DNA from: Myxococcota bacterium
GTDB taxonomy: Bacteria > Myxococcota_A > Polyangia > Nannocystales > Nannocystaceae
DNA: 64,000 bases
Assembly: GCA_039028615.1 (NCBI GenBank)
Contig: JBCCHT010000016.1
Coordinates: forward strand, 32,001 to 96,000
Reading direction: 5' to 3'
Program-made: the position numbers and the translations under genes
Notes under the pieces: generated by a model
What the model was told of the DNA's origin: nothing
The model's input: only the letters and a program-made list of their open reading frames with translations
The model's database searches: none
Shown here: one piece after another, positions 48,558 through 58,676 of the stretch
Position numbering within the stretch: position 1 is the first letter of the stretch
Layout: each line of letters opens with the position of its first letter

Positions 48558-49916
48558 TCAGCCCGCCAGGCGCTCGAAGACGCGGGTGAACGCCGTCATT
48601 CCGACCTTGGCTTGCTTCCAGTCGAAACGCTCGTTGGGTGCGTGGTAGCCGTGTTCCGGCAGGCTGAGCGGGAGGAAGTGCACGGGAACGCCCAGCTCGT
48701 TGGCGAGGATCGGTACCGCGCCAATCGATCCCCCCTCGCGAACGGTGACGGGGACGCGTCCGGTGGCGTCGGTGAGGCCTCCGACGATCGCGTCGTGGAT
48801 CTTCCCCTCGGTGGGGCCGCTATAGGGCCCGAGGTAGCCGGAGATCTCCACGTCGACGTCGGGGTTGAGGTCGTGCACGAACTTGGCGAGCCGCTCGCCG
48901 AGCCGCACCGGGTCTTGGTTGGGCACGAGTCGGAAGCTGACCTTCAGCTCCGCCTCGTTGGGCACGATGGTCTTGACGCCGGGACCGGTGTGGCCGCCGG
49001 CGAGCCCGTGCACCTCGAAGGTGGGGCGGGCCCAGATTCGCAGCATCACCTCGAGCGGGATGTTGGTCTCGAGTCGCTCGAGGTCGTGGGCGCGCTTGAA
49101 GTAGTCGATGTCGAAGCCCGAGCGGAGGTAGCCGTCGAGCTCTTCCTTCGACACGGGCTCCACGTCTTCGTGCCAGAAGCGGGCGCCGTCGATCGCGGTG
49201 CTGATGGCGGCGAGCTCTCGGACCGGGTTGCGAGCGGCACCGCCGGCGAGACCGGAGTGCGAGGGCTTGCCCGCCGTGCGCAGCCGGAGGATGGCCTGCA
49301 TCGAGCCACGGAGCGCGGTGGAGATGGCCGGCTGGGCGTCGCTGGGCCAGATGGTGTCGGAGACGATGACCGCGTCGCAGGCGAGCTGCTCGCGCTTGGC
49401 TTGGACCACCTCGCCGAAGTTGGGACTGCCGATTTCTTCCTCGGTCTCCCACAGGATCGAGATGTCGATGGGGAGCTTGCGCTGCGCGATCCAGCTGGCG
49501 GCACGCACGGCGGAGAGCCCGGGTCCCTTGTCGTCGGTGGTGCCGCGCGCTTTGTATAGCCACTCGCGATCGCCGTGCGCCTCGATCTCCATCGTGAACG
49601 GGTCGTCCTGGCGCCAGATGCTGGCGTCGGCCGGCTGCACGTCGAGATGGTTGTAGACGACGATATGGGCGATGGGCGAAGGATGTCGGAACTGAGCGAG
49701 GACGGACGGGGTGCCGCTGCACTCCACGAGCTGGGCGTCGGCACCCGCTTCTTGCATGATGCGGCAGGCCGCTTCGGCGCCTGCTCGGATCTCTGCATTA
49801 CCGGTCTTTCCGGGGCTGACCGTCTTGTGCTCGACGAGCGTTTTGAGTCGCTCGCGGAACCAAGGTTCGGAGCTTTCCACTGCTTCGTGTAGTTCGTCGC
49901 CCTTCGTCTCGCCCAT
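48558..49916 (-). CDS. M20/M25/M40 metallopeptidase (dipeptidase-like)
   Basis: YNHLDVQP, ARGTTDDKG, ETEEEIGS, HSG, GGSIG, HAPNE. Confidence 0.92.
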   Translation of the reverse strand: MGETKGDELHEAVESSEPWFRERLKTLVEHKTVSPGKTGNAEIRAGAEAACRIMQEAGADAQLVECSGTPSVLAQFRHPSPIAHIVVYNHLDVQPADASIWRQDDPFTMEIEAHGDREWLYKARGTTDDKGPGLSAVRAASWIAQRKLPIDISILWETEEEIGSPNFGEVVQAKREQLACDAVIVSDTIWPSDAQPAISTALRGSMQAILRLRTAGKPSHSGLAGGAARNPVRELAAISTAIDGARFWHEDVEPVSKEELDGYLRSGFDIDYFKRAHDLERLETNIPLEVMLRIWARPTFEVHGLAGGHTGPGVKTIVPNEAELKVSFRLVPNQDPVRLGERLAKFVHDLNPDVDVEISGYLGPYSGPTEGKIHDAIVGGLTDATGRVPVTVREGGSIGAVPILANELGVPVHFLPLSLPEHGYHAPNERFDWKQAKVGMTAFTRVFERLAG

Positions 49917-50498
49917 TTTTTCTCCGGTTATGAACCGCGTTCCGCCACGGTTGCGCTTACCACCTGCGCTGCCTGGTCGCCAAGCGGGTTGAACCCTGAG
50001 TGGGTCTCGTGAGCCAGGCGTCGATGTCGGGCGAGGCTTCGAGCAAGAGACGGCTCGGTACTCGCCACGGGCGGCAGGGGTCCTCGACGGTGCGAGGCGT
50101 ACCGTATCGTGCACTAGGGGCGTTGCACATCCATCGCGGGTGATCGTGGCTACACGTTGGCCACATCGGGGGGCGTGTCGTGGTGTGAATGGAGGCGCGC
50201 ACACGAGGCACACTTCCAACGACATCTAGGCGCTCACGAAGTCCGCTGGCTGACGCGTAGATCCGTTGCGAGCAACGGCAACGCCGGAACATGTTGCTGA
50301 AACCGCACTGCTCATGCGACGCGTGCAATGAAGGCAGGAGCTTGGTCACGGTCGGTGTCGGTCGAGATCCATGGATCCACGGCTCAGCGCCGATCGCGTC
50401 GGCACAGGACTCGAATGTTCCGCGCCATGTTTGGTGAACTGGCGTCCGGGGCTGCTATGATGATGTTCTGCCAACTTTGACTAGCTTGACCTTTCGCG

Positions 50499-51626
50499 AT
50501 GTCTGGCCTCGACCACTGTGAGCCGCGTGCTCGCTCGCCCCGTTGGGCGCTTCCCTCCCTGATGCTCTTGCTCGCCGTGGGCTGTAGCTCGGCAGGAGAG
50601 GACGAAGGCGCTCCGTTTACCAGTGGCGGCGAGGCTCAAGATTCCCCGCTCGACGAGCCGGCGGGTGAGGTCGGCGGAGACGAAGAAGGAGGCGGAACCG
50701 GCGCTGCGGATGACGGCGGCTCCAGCGACGGCGCCGAGCCGGGAGACGCCGACGACGGCGGTGATGTTCCTCCCCCGCCGCGGCCCAGCGACGACGATGG
50801 TTCCTTTGCCGGGTGCCCGCAGCCGCTGCCGGGTGCATGGGTCTTTTGCGAAGACTTCGAGACCATCGCCGATCCGGGCGAGGTCATGCTCGACTACCAA
50901 GAGTTCGACGGGGCCTTCGTGCTCGTCGACGAGACGGGGGCATCGGGCGAGCGCTCGATGCAGGTGACCTACCGCGAGGGGGAAGAGGCCGCGGGGTGGA
51001 TGGTCCTGACCTTCGGTGCCTCGCCGCTCGATCACGGCGACCGGCCCACCTACGCCCCCGAGGGTTCGTTTCAAGAAGTGTACTGGCGGCTGCGCCTCAA
51101 GACCGAGCTCGGCTGGCCCGACCTCGGTCCCGGTCAGCTGACCCGCACCATCTCGTTCGCCGATGCCGACTGGTCCGAAGCCGCGGTCGCTCACCTGCGC
51201 TCGGCCGAGGGTGACGTCGTGCTCGAGGGCGAGCCCGCAACCTGCATCGCCGGAGGCCAAGTCGCCTGCAACGGCTTCGACGACGCCGAAGGCCAGGAAC
51301 AGCTGGGCCCCATGCTCGGCGAGACCGAGCTGTTCTCCGCCGAAGAGTCCGGCCGCTGGCACTGCGTCGAAGGCCGCCTGAAGCTCAACTCTCCGGGGGC
51401 GGCCGACGGCCTGTTCGAGTTCTGGGTCGACGACGAGCTCCAGGCCTCGCGCGGCGACCTCGACCTGCGCGGGTCGTGGACCGAGTACGGCATCAATGCG
51501 CTGGTGGTCGAGAACCTGTGGCCGGGTGGCGCTCCGCAGAACCTACGCCGCTGGATCGACGACGTCGTCGTCTCCACCGAGCCCATCGGGTGCCAACCCG
51601 GCCCCGCTGGCGCCACGCCGAACTGA
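50499..51626 (+). CDS. lipoprotein with concanavalin-A/polysaccharide-lyase-like domain
   Basis: Lipobox AVGC; FCEDFE, GRWHCVE..KLNSPG..DG.FEFWVD, WIDDVVVSTEPIGC. Confidence 0.7.
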   Translation: MSGLDHCEPRARSPRWALPSLMLLLAVGCSSAGEDEGAPFTSGGEAQDSPLDEPAGEVGGDEEGGGTGAADDGGSSDGAEPGDADDGGDVPPPPRPSDDDGSFAGCPQPLPGAWVFCEDFETIADPGEVMLDYQEFDGAFVLVDETGASGERSMQVTYREGEEAAGWMVLTFGASPLDHGDRPTYAPEGSFQEVYWRLRLKTELGWPDLGPGQLTRTISFADADWSEAAVAHLRSAEGDVVLEGEPATCIAGGQVACNGFDDAEGQEQLGPMLGETELFSAEESGRWHCVEGRLKLNSPGAADGLFEFWVDDELQASRGDLDLRGSWTEYGINALVVENLWPGGAPQNLRRWIDDVVVSTEPIGCQPGPAGATPN

Positions 51627-51644
51627 GCCGACGCTCGACCGAGG

Positions 51645-52220
51645 GTGTCGGCGCTCGACCGTGCTACGGTCGAAAAGGCCGTGTTCGACAAGCTGTTGGT
51701 GCTCGACTTGGATGAGACGCTCATCCACGCCACGACCCGCGAGCTGGCGGCGACGCCCGACTTCGAGGTGGGGCCCTTTGTGGTGTATCGGCGCCCGGGA
51801 GTCGAGCAGTTCTTGGAGTATTGCTTGGGGGCCTTCGCGGCCGTGGGCGTGTGGACGTCGTCGACGATGTCCTACGCGGCCGAAGTGATCGAGCACCTCG
51901 TCGATCCGAAACGGCTGCACTTCCTATGGGCGCGAGAGCGCTGCACGATTCGGGTGGATCCCGAGACCCGTGAGTACGAGTACCTCAAAGATCTGAAGAA
52001 GCTCCGTCGCCGCGGCTTCGACAAGCGCAAGATCATCGCGGTGGACGACACCCCGGCCAAGTTCCAGCGTAGCTACGGCAACCTGGTCAGGATTCGTGCG
52101 TTCGAAGGAGAGCCCGAAGATCGCGAGCTGCAGGTGTTGACGCGATACCTCCAGCGACTCGGCTCGGTGCCGGACGTGCGGGCCGTCGAAAAGCGGTTCT
52201 GGCGGACGCAGCAACCCTGA
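51645..52220 (+). CDS. NIF/FCP1-type HAD phosphatase
   Basis: LVLDLDETLIH, RPGV, WTSS..YA, KDL, VDD. Confidence 0.9.
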   Translation: MSALDRATVEKAVFDKLLVLDLDETLIHATTRELAATPDFEVGPFVVYRRPGVEQFLEYCLGAFAAVGVWTSSTMSYAAEVIEHLVDPKRLHFLWARERCTIRVDPETREYEYLKDLKKLRRRGFDKRKIIAVDDTPAKFQRSYGNLVRIRAFEGEPEDRELQVLTRYLQRLGSVPDVRAVEKRFWRTQQP

Positions 52221-52324
52221 TCATCCGCGGGAAGAGCGAGTCAAAGCGCCCCAGTGGGGTCCCCTGCCGGTCTCGTTTGTGGGTGAGCCCCCCCGAAGGG
52301 AGGGGTGGAAGGGTGAAGAGGGCA

Positions 52325-52340
52325 TGGCACGGTGCTTGCT
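52325..52340 (+). promoter_or_regulatory. sigma-54 (-24/-12) promoter
   Basis: TGGCACG-GTGC-TTGCT, a perfect consensus match ending 18 nt before ATG 52359. Confidence 0.75.
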
Positions 52341-52358
52341 GACCAAGGCGCCAAGCTC

Positions 52359-52622
52359 ATGACTCTCACCGGCATAGCCATCTACCTCCTCTTCGGTTTC
52401 ATCATCGGTGCCATCGCGCGCTTCGTCATGCCGGGCAAGGACCCCATGGCGTGGTGGCAGACGATCTTGCTCGGGATTACCGGGTCGTTCGTCGGCGGCT
52501 GGCTGGGGTCGTTCCTCCAGCTCGGCATCGGTGGGTCCATCCTCGGTGTGCCCGTGGCGGGCCTGGTGATGGGGACCTTGGGTGCCGTGCTGATCCTCGC
52601 CGTCCTGCGAATGCTGCGTTGA
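52359..52622 (+). CDS. GlsB/YeaQ/YmgE family membrane protein
   Basis: GFIIGAIARFVMPG...TILLGITGSFVGG...LGAVLIL. Confidence 0.9.
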   Translation: MTLTGIAIYLLFGFIIGAIARFVMPGKDPMAWWQTILLGITGSFVGGWLGSFLQLGIGGSILGVPVAGLVMGTLGAVLILAVLRMLR

Positions 52623-52638
52623 CCCCGAACGCAGCGGT

Positions 52639-53217
52639 GTGACGTCGATCGACGTCGGACCCCGGGCCCCCGTGGTACCAGGAGCGGTGCACGCACGAGT
52701 ATGGATGCTCGGCTGGGGGCTCGGGGTCATATTGATCGGCGGATGCCCCGAGGGTGACTCGGGTACCTCGACCGACGGAGCCACCTCGAGTGCATCCAGC
52801 ACGACGGGAGACTCGGGGTCGACGCCCGGGTCATCGGTCTCGATGAGCAGCGGAGTCTCCGGGACGGACGCCGCCACGGCGGCGGACGGCGGAGGCTCGA
52901 GCGGGCAGGGGATGGGCTCCAGCGACGAAACAGGGTGTCTCGGCGTCGACGGATGCCCCTGCGTGGACGAAGACGATTGCCTGCCGGGTCTTTGGTGCCT
53001 TCAGGGATTGTGCGAGGCCGGCGGTTGCCCGGTCGGGGGAGAAACCTGCCCCTGTGGTCCTGCGGGGGCCTGCGACGAAGGCCTCGTCTGCATGTCGGAT
53101 CTTTGCGTCGAAGAGCCCTGCACCCCGGGGACGAAGCTGTGCTCGTGCCTGGGCTCGGGCACCTGCCAGCGCGGCCTGGAATGCAAGCAAGGCTTGTGCA
53201 TTCCAGCCGGCGGTTGA
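52639..53217 (+). CDS. lipoprotein with three short Cys-rich repeats
   Basis: Lipobox IGGC; three copies of C..G...C.C.....C..GL.C....C. True start may be downstream, near 52704. Confidence 0.75.
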   Translation: MTSIDVGPRAPVVPGAVHARVWMLGWGLGVILIGGCPEGDSGTSTDGATSSASSTTGDSGSTPGSSVSMSSGVSGTDAATAADGGGSSGQGMGSSDETGCLGVDGCPCVDEDDCLPGLWCLQGLCEAGGCPVGGETCPCGPAGACDEGLVCMSDLCVEEPCTPGTKLCSCLGSGTCQRGLECKQGLCIPAGG

Positions 53218-53233
53218 GTCGAGTTCGCTCGCG

Positions 53234-54256
53234 TCAGCCCGCGTTGGGAAAGTCGACGCAGGCGGAATCGACCTGGCCTTCGATGGCGACCTCGAAGGCG
53301 GTCTCGAGGTCTCCCATGCACAGGTCCCAGAACATGCCGTTACCGTTGGCTTCGAAGAGCGCCGCGAGCTCCTTGGACTGCACCGCGTCGAGGGCGGTGC
53401 CGTAGGGCCCTTCGCACTCCGAGTCTCCGCCGACCCCGAGGTAGACGACCTTGCTCGCGTCGCCGCCCTTGGCCGCCACGATCCGATCGTAGATTTCCTG
53501 CGCGGACTCGACGTCGGCCAGCTCTTCGTCTTCGTCGGTGATGGCCACGATGAACAGCACCGCGTCCTCGCGCAGGAAGCCCGCATTGGCGCCGAGCAAG
53601 GCATCACCCGTGATCGCGTTGGCAGCGGTGAGGGCGGGCTGCTCGTCGTCGTCGGCGAAGTCGCCATCGTCGACGCAGTTGTCCGATTCGCCTTGGTACC
53701 CGTTGGGCGAGAATTCAGTCACACACGCGAACTCGTCGGCCAGCGTGGGCGAGCTGGAGATCATCATGTTGCTGCCGGTCGAGAAGTTGCACGCCCCGTC
53801 GAGGCCGGTGTCGTGGAAGTGAGCTGGCTTGGGGCAGGCGTCGATCACCGCGAGGTGGAAGTCGTCGATGCCCCCGTTGATCGCCAATAGCGTCTGCGGG
53901 AAGGAGTCGAACACGGGGCCGCGCAGGGCCTCGTGTTCTTCGACCATGCTGTCGGAGTTGTCGACGGCGACGATGACGTCGACCTTCTTGCAGCCCAGGG
54001 GGTTGTTGCCGTCGTCGGCCCCGGCGGTACCGTCGCCCCCCACGTCGAACTTGGGGCCGTCGTCCTCGACCGCTTCGGTCTCCGAGATGACGATGCCCGT
54101 CTGCGAGCCGCTACTGCCGCTATCGCCGGCTTGGCCGCCATCGTCGCCACATGCCAAGGGCAGCGTGCAGAGTCCAACCACGGGCCAGATCCGCACCTTC
54201 GGTGCACGAGCCTTCCACATGCCTTGGAGCATACGCGGGGGATTGCACCGGGGCAC
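53234..54256 (-). CDS. vWA-domain lipoprotein
   Basis: Lipobox PLAC; VDVIVAVDNSDSM; GFLREDAVLFIVAITDEDE. Start uncertain. Confidence 0.8.
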   Translation of the reverse strand: MPRCNPPRMLQGMWKARAPKVRIWPVVGLCTLPLACGDDGGQAGDSGSSGSQTGIVISETEAVEDDGPKFDVGGDGTAGADDGNNPLGCKKVDVIVAVDNSDSMVEEHEALRGPVFDSFPQTLLAINGGIDDFHLAVIDACPKPAHFHDTGLDGACNFSTGSNMMISSSPTLADEFACVTEFSPNGYQGESDNCVDDGDFADDDEQPALTAANAITGDALLGANAGFLREDAVLFIVAITDEDEELADVESAQEIYDRIVAAKGGDASKVVYLGVGGDSECEGPYGTALDAVQSKELAALFEANGNGMFWDLCMGDLETAFEVAIEGQVDSACVDFPNAG

Positions 54257-54389
54257 GGAGCCAATCTCCCTCGATGGCGTTGTCCCGGTGATTCCGTCGT
54301 ACGCGAGACTGATGTTCGTACGTCGACGTTAGGGCGGCCGTGATCTCGGTATTCGCGTTGGCCGTTTGGTCAATGTGGGAATGGGCGAT

Positions 54390-55550
54390 TCAGCGTTTTC
54401 GGCAGCGTGGCTCTTCGGGCCCGCACTTGATCCGCACGTGGATGTGCGTGTCGTGCCCCTTCGAGTGCCGCACGACCGGTCGGCTGTCGCCCGTCCAGCG
54501 CGGCCACTTGATCACTGCCTCGAGGCTCTCGGGGGTCTCGCCCATCGCTCGCGCCGCTTCGTACAAGAAACGATGACGGCTGATGTCGAGGAAGATGGTG
54601 TCGACTTCCCCCGTGTCGATGAATGCCCGCACCAGCCCCCACGATGCGTACCAGTCGATCTCGTCGGCCCGGGTGGAGCCCTTGCTGCGAATGCCGGGCC
54701 ACAGCGGCAGGCGGATGTCGATGTCGCGTCCGCTCTGATGAGACACGTGGGGAGAGAACCGACCGCCGCGCTTGCGGCTGAGGGCTCCGATGATCACTTC
54801 GCCCTCGAAGCCGGTATCGTGGCGGAAGTGGGCGAAGGCCCGGTGGATCTGCTCGATGGTGTGGCTGCTGCCCCAAAGCCCGCTCGTCTTTTCCTTGCGG
54901 GTGTACAGCGGACTGTCGGGGAGCAGCAGGCCGTCTTGCAGGCGACCGCGGTTGGGTCGACCCACGCTCTTGGCCTCGGCGGGGAGGTCGAAGTGTTCGG
55001 GTACGGCCGGCCCCGTGCCGGGCACGATGGTCTGCGGCCACCCGGGATCGATCCACAGGGTGATTGTTTGACCCGGCTCGAGGGTGCGGAGCCGCCAGTT
55101 GTACGCGTGGAGATCGCGATGCGAGATGCGGAACTTGGCGGAGATGTCCATCCAGTCCTCGCCCTCCTGCACCACGTAACGAACCTGCTGCCGCGGCGGC
55201 GGGAGGCGGCGGGCCTTGATCTTGAGCCAACGGCGGCGGGCGGGAGGCTGCGCCGAGTTGGGGTCGAGGCTCGGGTTCCAGCGCACCAGCTCGTCGCGGG
55301 TGACCGCATAGCGCACGGCGAGCTGGGTCAAGGTCTCGCGCGGCCGCACCCGGTGCCGGATGGTCGTGCGACGCTCGGGAACTACCGTCGGCGGGGCGGC
55401 ATCGAGCACGTCTTGCAGGCTCTGGACGATGGGGATCCCATCATCGTCGCTCGCCGTCGCGGCGGCCTCGGTAGGCGCGGACGTGCTCGGTGGCTCTAGC
55501 ACCGAGCCGAGTCCGAGGGTCACGAGGAGGGCAACGCATCCGGTGGGCAT
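54390..55550 (-). CDS. two LysM domains plus MepA-like (LAS) murein endopeptidase
   Basis: HRVRPRETL..LA.RY and YVVQEGE...IS.KF LysM domains; HVSHQSGRDID and HDTHIHVR zinc motifs. Confidence 0.88.
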   Translation of the reverse strand: MPTGCVALLVTLGLGSVLEPPSTSAPTEAAATASDDDGIPIVQSLQDVLDAAPPTVVPERRTTIRHRVRPRETLTQLAVRYAVTRDELVRWNPSLDPNSAQPPARRRWLKIKARRLPPPRQQVRYVVQEGEDWMDISAKFRISHRDLHAYNWRLRTLEPGQTITLWIDPGWPQTIVPGTGPAVPEHFDLPAEAKSVGRPNRGRLQDGLLLPDSPLYTRKEKTSGLWGSSHTIEQIHRAFAHFRHDTGFEGEVIIGALSRKRGGRFSPHVSHQSGRDIDIRLPLWPGIRSKGSTRADEIDWYASWGLVRAFIDTGEVDTIFLDISRHRFLYEAARAMGETPESLEAVIKWPRWTGDSRPVVRHSKGHDTHIHVRIKCGPEEPRCRKR

Positions 55551-55636
55551 GGTCGCACGTGCATGCTTACCACAAGCGCCGGCCCGATATCCGCCCTGTC
55601 CAGGTCGCGGCGGGGGGCTACCATCGGTGCATGTGC

Positions 55637-58186
55637 ATGAGCCTTAGTGGAAGGTCGCGGGATTGGGTGCGCTGGCTGGGGGCGCTGGCGTTGGGGGTGA
55701 CGGGGTGTGGCGACGACGGGACGGTGACCAGCACCAGTACCAGCGACACGGACACGGCCGGCTCGACCGCTGCGCTGACCACGGGCGTCGACGACAGCAC
55801 CGATGGCACGGGAGCCTCGGCGACCGATTCCCCGCAGACCACGACCGGGCTCGATTCGACCGGCGGCATGGACACGACGACGGGCGGGGTCGATACCACC
55901 GAAGGCGAGTCCTCCGAGAGCTCGAGCACGGGCGAGCCCAACCTGCCCCCCGAGGCGATCGACGATCTGTACTTCGTCCGCGAGGACCTGGCGCCCTTGG
56001 TGGTGGACGCGTCCATCGGAGTGCTGAGCAACGACAGCGATCCCGAAGACGATGCGCTGACCGTGATGCCGGGCGCCATCATGAGCACGGCGGGCGGCAC
56101 GGTGAACCTGACCGAAGACGGCGGCTTCGACTACCAGCCGCCGGTCGACTTCGTGGGCACCGACAGCTTCGTCTACGCCGCGCTCGACGGGGGCGGCATG
56201 ACCGAGGCGACCGTTCAGATCTCGGTGGGCCCGGTGCAGGTCGACATGGCCGACGTGGCCGGCGGCGTCGGGGGCTTTGCCATCGACGGCGAGGCGGCCG
56301 GCGACGAGTCGGGCTACACGGTCGCGGGCGGCGGCGACGTGAACGGCGATGGCCTCGACGACCTGATCATCACGTCCAACCTCGCGGCGGGCGGGGTGGG
56401 TCGGGCGTGGGTGGTCTTTGGCCAGGCCGGCGGCACGACCATCTCGTTGGCCGACGTCAGCATGGGCATGGGCGGCTTCGTGATCGATGCCGAGTCCGCG
56501 GTCGACTCGGCCGCGATCGTCGGTGATGTGGACGGCGACATGCTGGCCGACGTGCTCGTGGGCGCGTCCCCGGCCGGCGGCGCGGGCCGAGCCTACGTGG
56601 TGCACGGCAAGGCCGACGGCACGGCGGTCGACCTGGCCGACATCGCGATGGGTATGGGTGGCTTCGTGCTGGACGGAGACACCAACGGAGAAGACGCCGG
56701 GTTTGCCGTCGCGGCCGCGGGTGATGTCAATGGCGATGGCCTGGCCGATCTGGCGATCGGGGCTCCCGACGGCGGACCGATCCCCGCGGGCGGTCGCACC
56801 TACGTGGTGTTCGGCAAGACCGACACCACCGCGGTGTTGCTCGCCGACGTCAACACGGGCGCCGGGGGCTTCGTCATTCGCGGCGCGGGCTTCGACGACA
56901 TGTCGGGCACGACGCTGTCTGGAGCGGGCGACGTCAACGGCGATGGTCTCGACGACGTGCTGGTGGGCGCCCAGGATGCCAATGCGGGCGGCGGCGACTC
57001 GGGTCGCTGCTATGTGGTGTTCGGTAAGACGGACACCGCGCTCGTCAGCCTCGGCTCCCTGGGGGCAGGCGGGTTCGCCATCGACGGCACCGAGGCGTTC
57101 GACCTCGCCTGCTCGGCCGTGGCCGGCCTGGGTGACATGAACGGCGATGGCCTGGCCGAGCTGGCGGTCGGAGCCGAAGGGGCCGAAGGGGCGCTGCCGG
57201 CCCAGGGCCGGATCTACGTGGTCGAAGGCAAGTCGGACGGCGCGACGGTGGAGCTTTCGGATGTCGCGATGGGGCTCGGCGGCTTCGTGATCGATGGTGA
57301 GCTGGCGGGTAACCTGCTGGGGCAGGCCGTGGGTGGCCCGGGCGATATCGACGGCGACGGCTTCACCGACGTCGTGGTGGGAGCACACCTGCTCAGCGAG
57401 CTGCCCGAGACCTTCACCGGGCGCGGCTACGCGGTCTTCGGCAAGCTCGATGGCGCGCCGGTCCTGCTCGCGGACCTCACCGTGCGCCTGGGCGGCTATC
57501 GGCTCGCGACCGAGGGCGGCAACCAGAACCAGCTCGGGTGGTCGGTGGCCGGGGCGGGTGACGTCAACGGCGACGGCTTCGGCGACTTCGTGATCTCCGC
57601 CCTCGGAGCCGATCCTGCCGCGGGCGCCAACGCGGGTCGAAGCTACGTCGTGTTCGGGGGCAACCACACCGGGGCGCTCAGCCACTTGGGCGGGCCGAAC
57701 GACGACGTCCTCGTCGGGGGCTCGAGCACCGACGTCATCGTGGCGGGCGCGGGCAACGACGAACTCCACGGCAACGGAGGCTCCGACATCCTCTACGCCG
57801 GGGCGGGTGACGACCTCATCGCGATCGAGCAGGGGGCGTTCTTCCGCATCCGCGGGGGCAGCGGCTTCGACACGCTCTCGTTCGCGGACGATGGTGTACA
57901 GCTCGATCTCGGGGTCGTCGCCGACGTCGCGTTGCGGGACATCGAGGCGGTCGACCTCACCGGGAGCGGCGACAATCAGCTCACGCTGGGTCTGCGCGAT
58001 CTTCGAGCCCTGGTGGGAGCTTCTCGCACGTTGCGAGTGATGGGCGAAGACACCGATCTTCTCGAGGTCGACCTCAGCGGCGGCGGGTTCATGGACCTGG
58101 GCTCGGATATGGGCGTGCAGAGCTGGTCGGACGGCGTGTTCACCCTCGAGGTCGTCGAACCGCTGACCGCGATGGTGACCTTGTGA
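55637..58186 (+). CDS. lipoprotein with cadherin/Big-like domain, FG-GAP (integrin-alpha-like) repeats and RTX-like nonapeptides
   Basis: Lipobox VTGC; GVLSNDSDPE..DSFVY; seven GD(V/M/I)(N/D)GDxxxD repeats; GAGNDELHG-type repeats. Confidence 0.88.
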   Translation: MSLSGRSRDWVRWLGALALGVTGCGDDGTVTSTSTSDTDTAGSTAALTTGVDDSTDGTGASATDSPQTTTGLDSTGGMDTTTGGVDTTEGESSESSSTGEPNLPPEAIDDLYFVREDLAPLVVDASIGVLSNDSDPEDDALTVMPGAIMSTAGGTVNLTEDGGFDYQPPVDFVGTDSFVYAALDGGGMTEATVQISVGPVQVDMADVAGGVGGFAIDGEAAGDESGYTVAGGGDVNGDGLDDLIITSNLAAGGVGRAWVVFGQAGGTTISLADVSMGMGGFVIDAESAVDSAAIVGDVDGDMLADVLVGASPAGGAGRAYVVHGKADGTAVDLADIAMGMGGFVLDGDTNGEDAGFAVAAAGDVNGDGLADLAIGAPDGGPIPAGGRTYVVFGKTDTTAVLLADVNTGAGGFVIRGAGFDDMSGTTLSGAGDVNGDGLDDVLVGAQDANAGGGDSGRCYVVFGKTDTALVSLGSLGAGGFAIDGTEAFDLACSAVAGLGDMNGDGLAELAVGAEGAEGALPAQGRIYVVEGKSDGATVELSDVAMGLGGFVIDGELAGNLLGQAVGGPGDIDGDGFTDVVVGAHLLSELPETFTGRGYAVFGKLDGAPVLLADLTVRLGGYRLATEGGNQNQLGWSVAGAGDVNGDGFGDFVISALGADPAAGANAGRSYVVFGGNHTGALSHLGGPNDDVLVGGSSTDVIVAGAGNDELHGNGGSDILYAGAGDDLIAIEQGAFFRIRGGSGFDTLSFADDGVQLDLGVVADVALRDIEAVDLTGSGDNQLTLGLRDLRALVGASRTLRVMGEDTDLLEVDLSGGGFMDLGSDMGVQSWSDGVFTLEVVEPLTAMVTL

Positions 58187-58248
58187 CGACCAGATCGCGA
58201 AATCCGTCGTAGCTTTTGCCACCTCGGGTCCGGGATAATCGGCCCGAG

Positions 58249-58668
58249 GTGTTCGAGGCTCCCGATTTTGCGGCGTCGCTCCACCGCTTCGTCCACGAGT
58301 ATCGAGGCTCGCGGCAGCGGGCGGTGGTGCTCGCGCCCGATGTCTTCAGCTTCTTCGCTCGCCTGCTGATCGACGAGCGCTTGCCTCGAGGCGCGCGCAA
58401 TGTGGTGACGTCCGTCTTGGCCTACTTCGTCGTGCCCGACGACGTCATGCCCGAGGCGGAGCTCGGGCCGCTCGGGGTCCTGGACGATCTTTATGCGGCG
58501 GCCTACGCCTACCGGATGCTGCGCCGCGAGCTGCCCATGCCGCTGCTGCAAGACGCGTGGAGCGGCGACGACGAGCTCGATGAAGCGATGAGCGTGGTCT
58601 ACACCGAGACCCGTGCCGAGCTCGGCAAGCGCACCAAGAGCGTCCTGCGCATGGCCGGCTTGTCCTGA
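58249..58668 (+). CDS. YkvA/DUF1232-like protein
   Basis: LAYFVVPDDVMPE...LGVLDD. Confidence 0.75.
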   Translation: MFEAPDFAASLHRFVHEYRGSRQRAVVLAPDVFSFFARLLIDERLPRGARNVVTSVLAYFVVPDDVMPEAELGPLGVLDDLYAAAYAYRMLRRELPMPLLQDAWSGDDELDEAMSVVYTETRAELGKRTKSVLRMAGLS

Positions 58669-58676
58669 GCCCGACC

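Noticed and set aside
55520..58222. 900-aa minus-strand ORF, and similar long antisense ORFs such as 61430-63916, 13146-15068 and 40734-42296
   Set aside because: These are typical stop-poor antisense frames of high-GC genes with no recognisable motifs.
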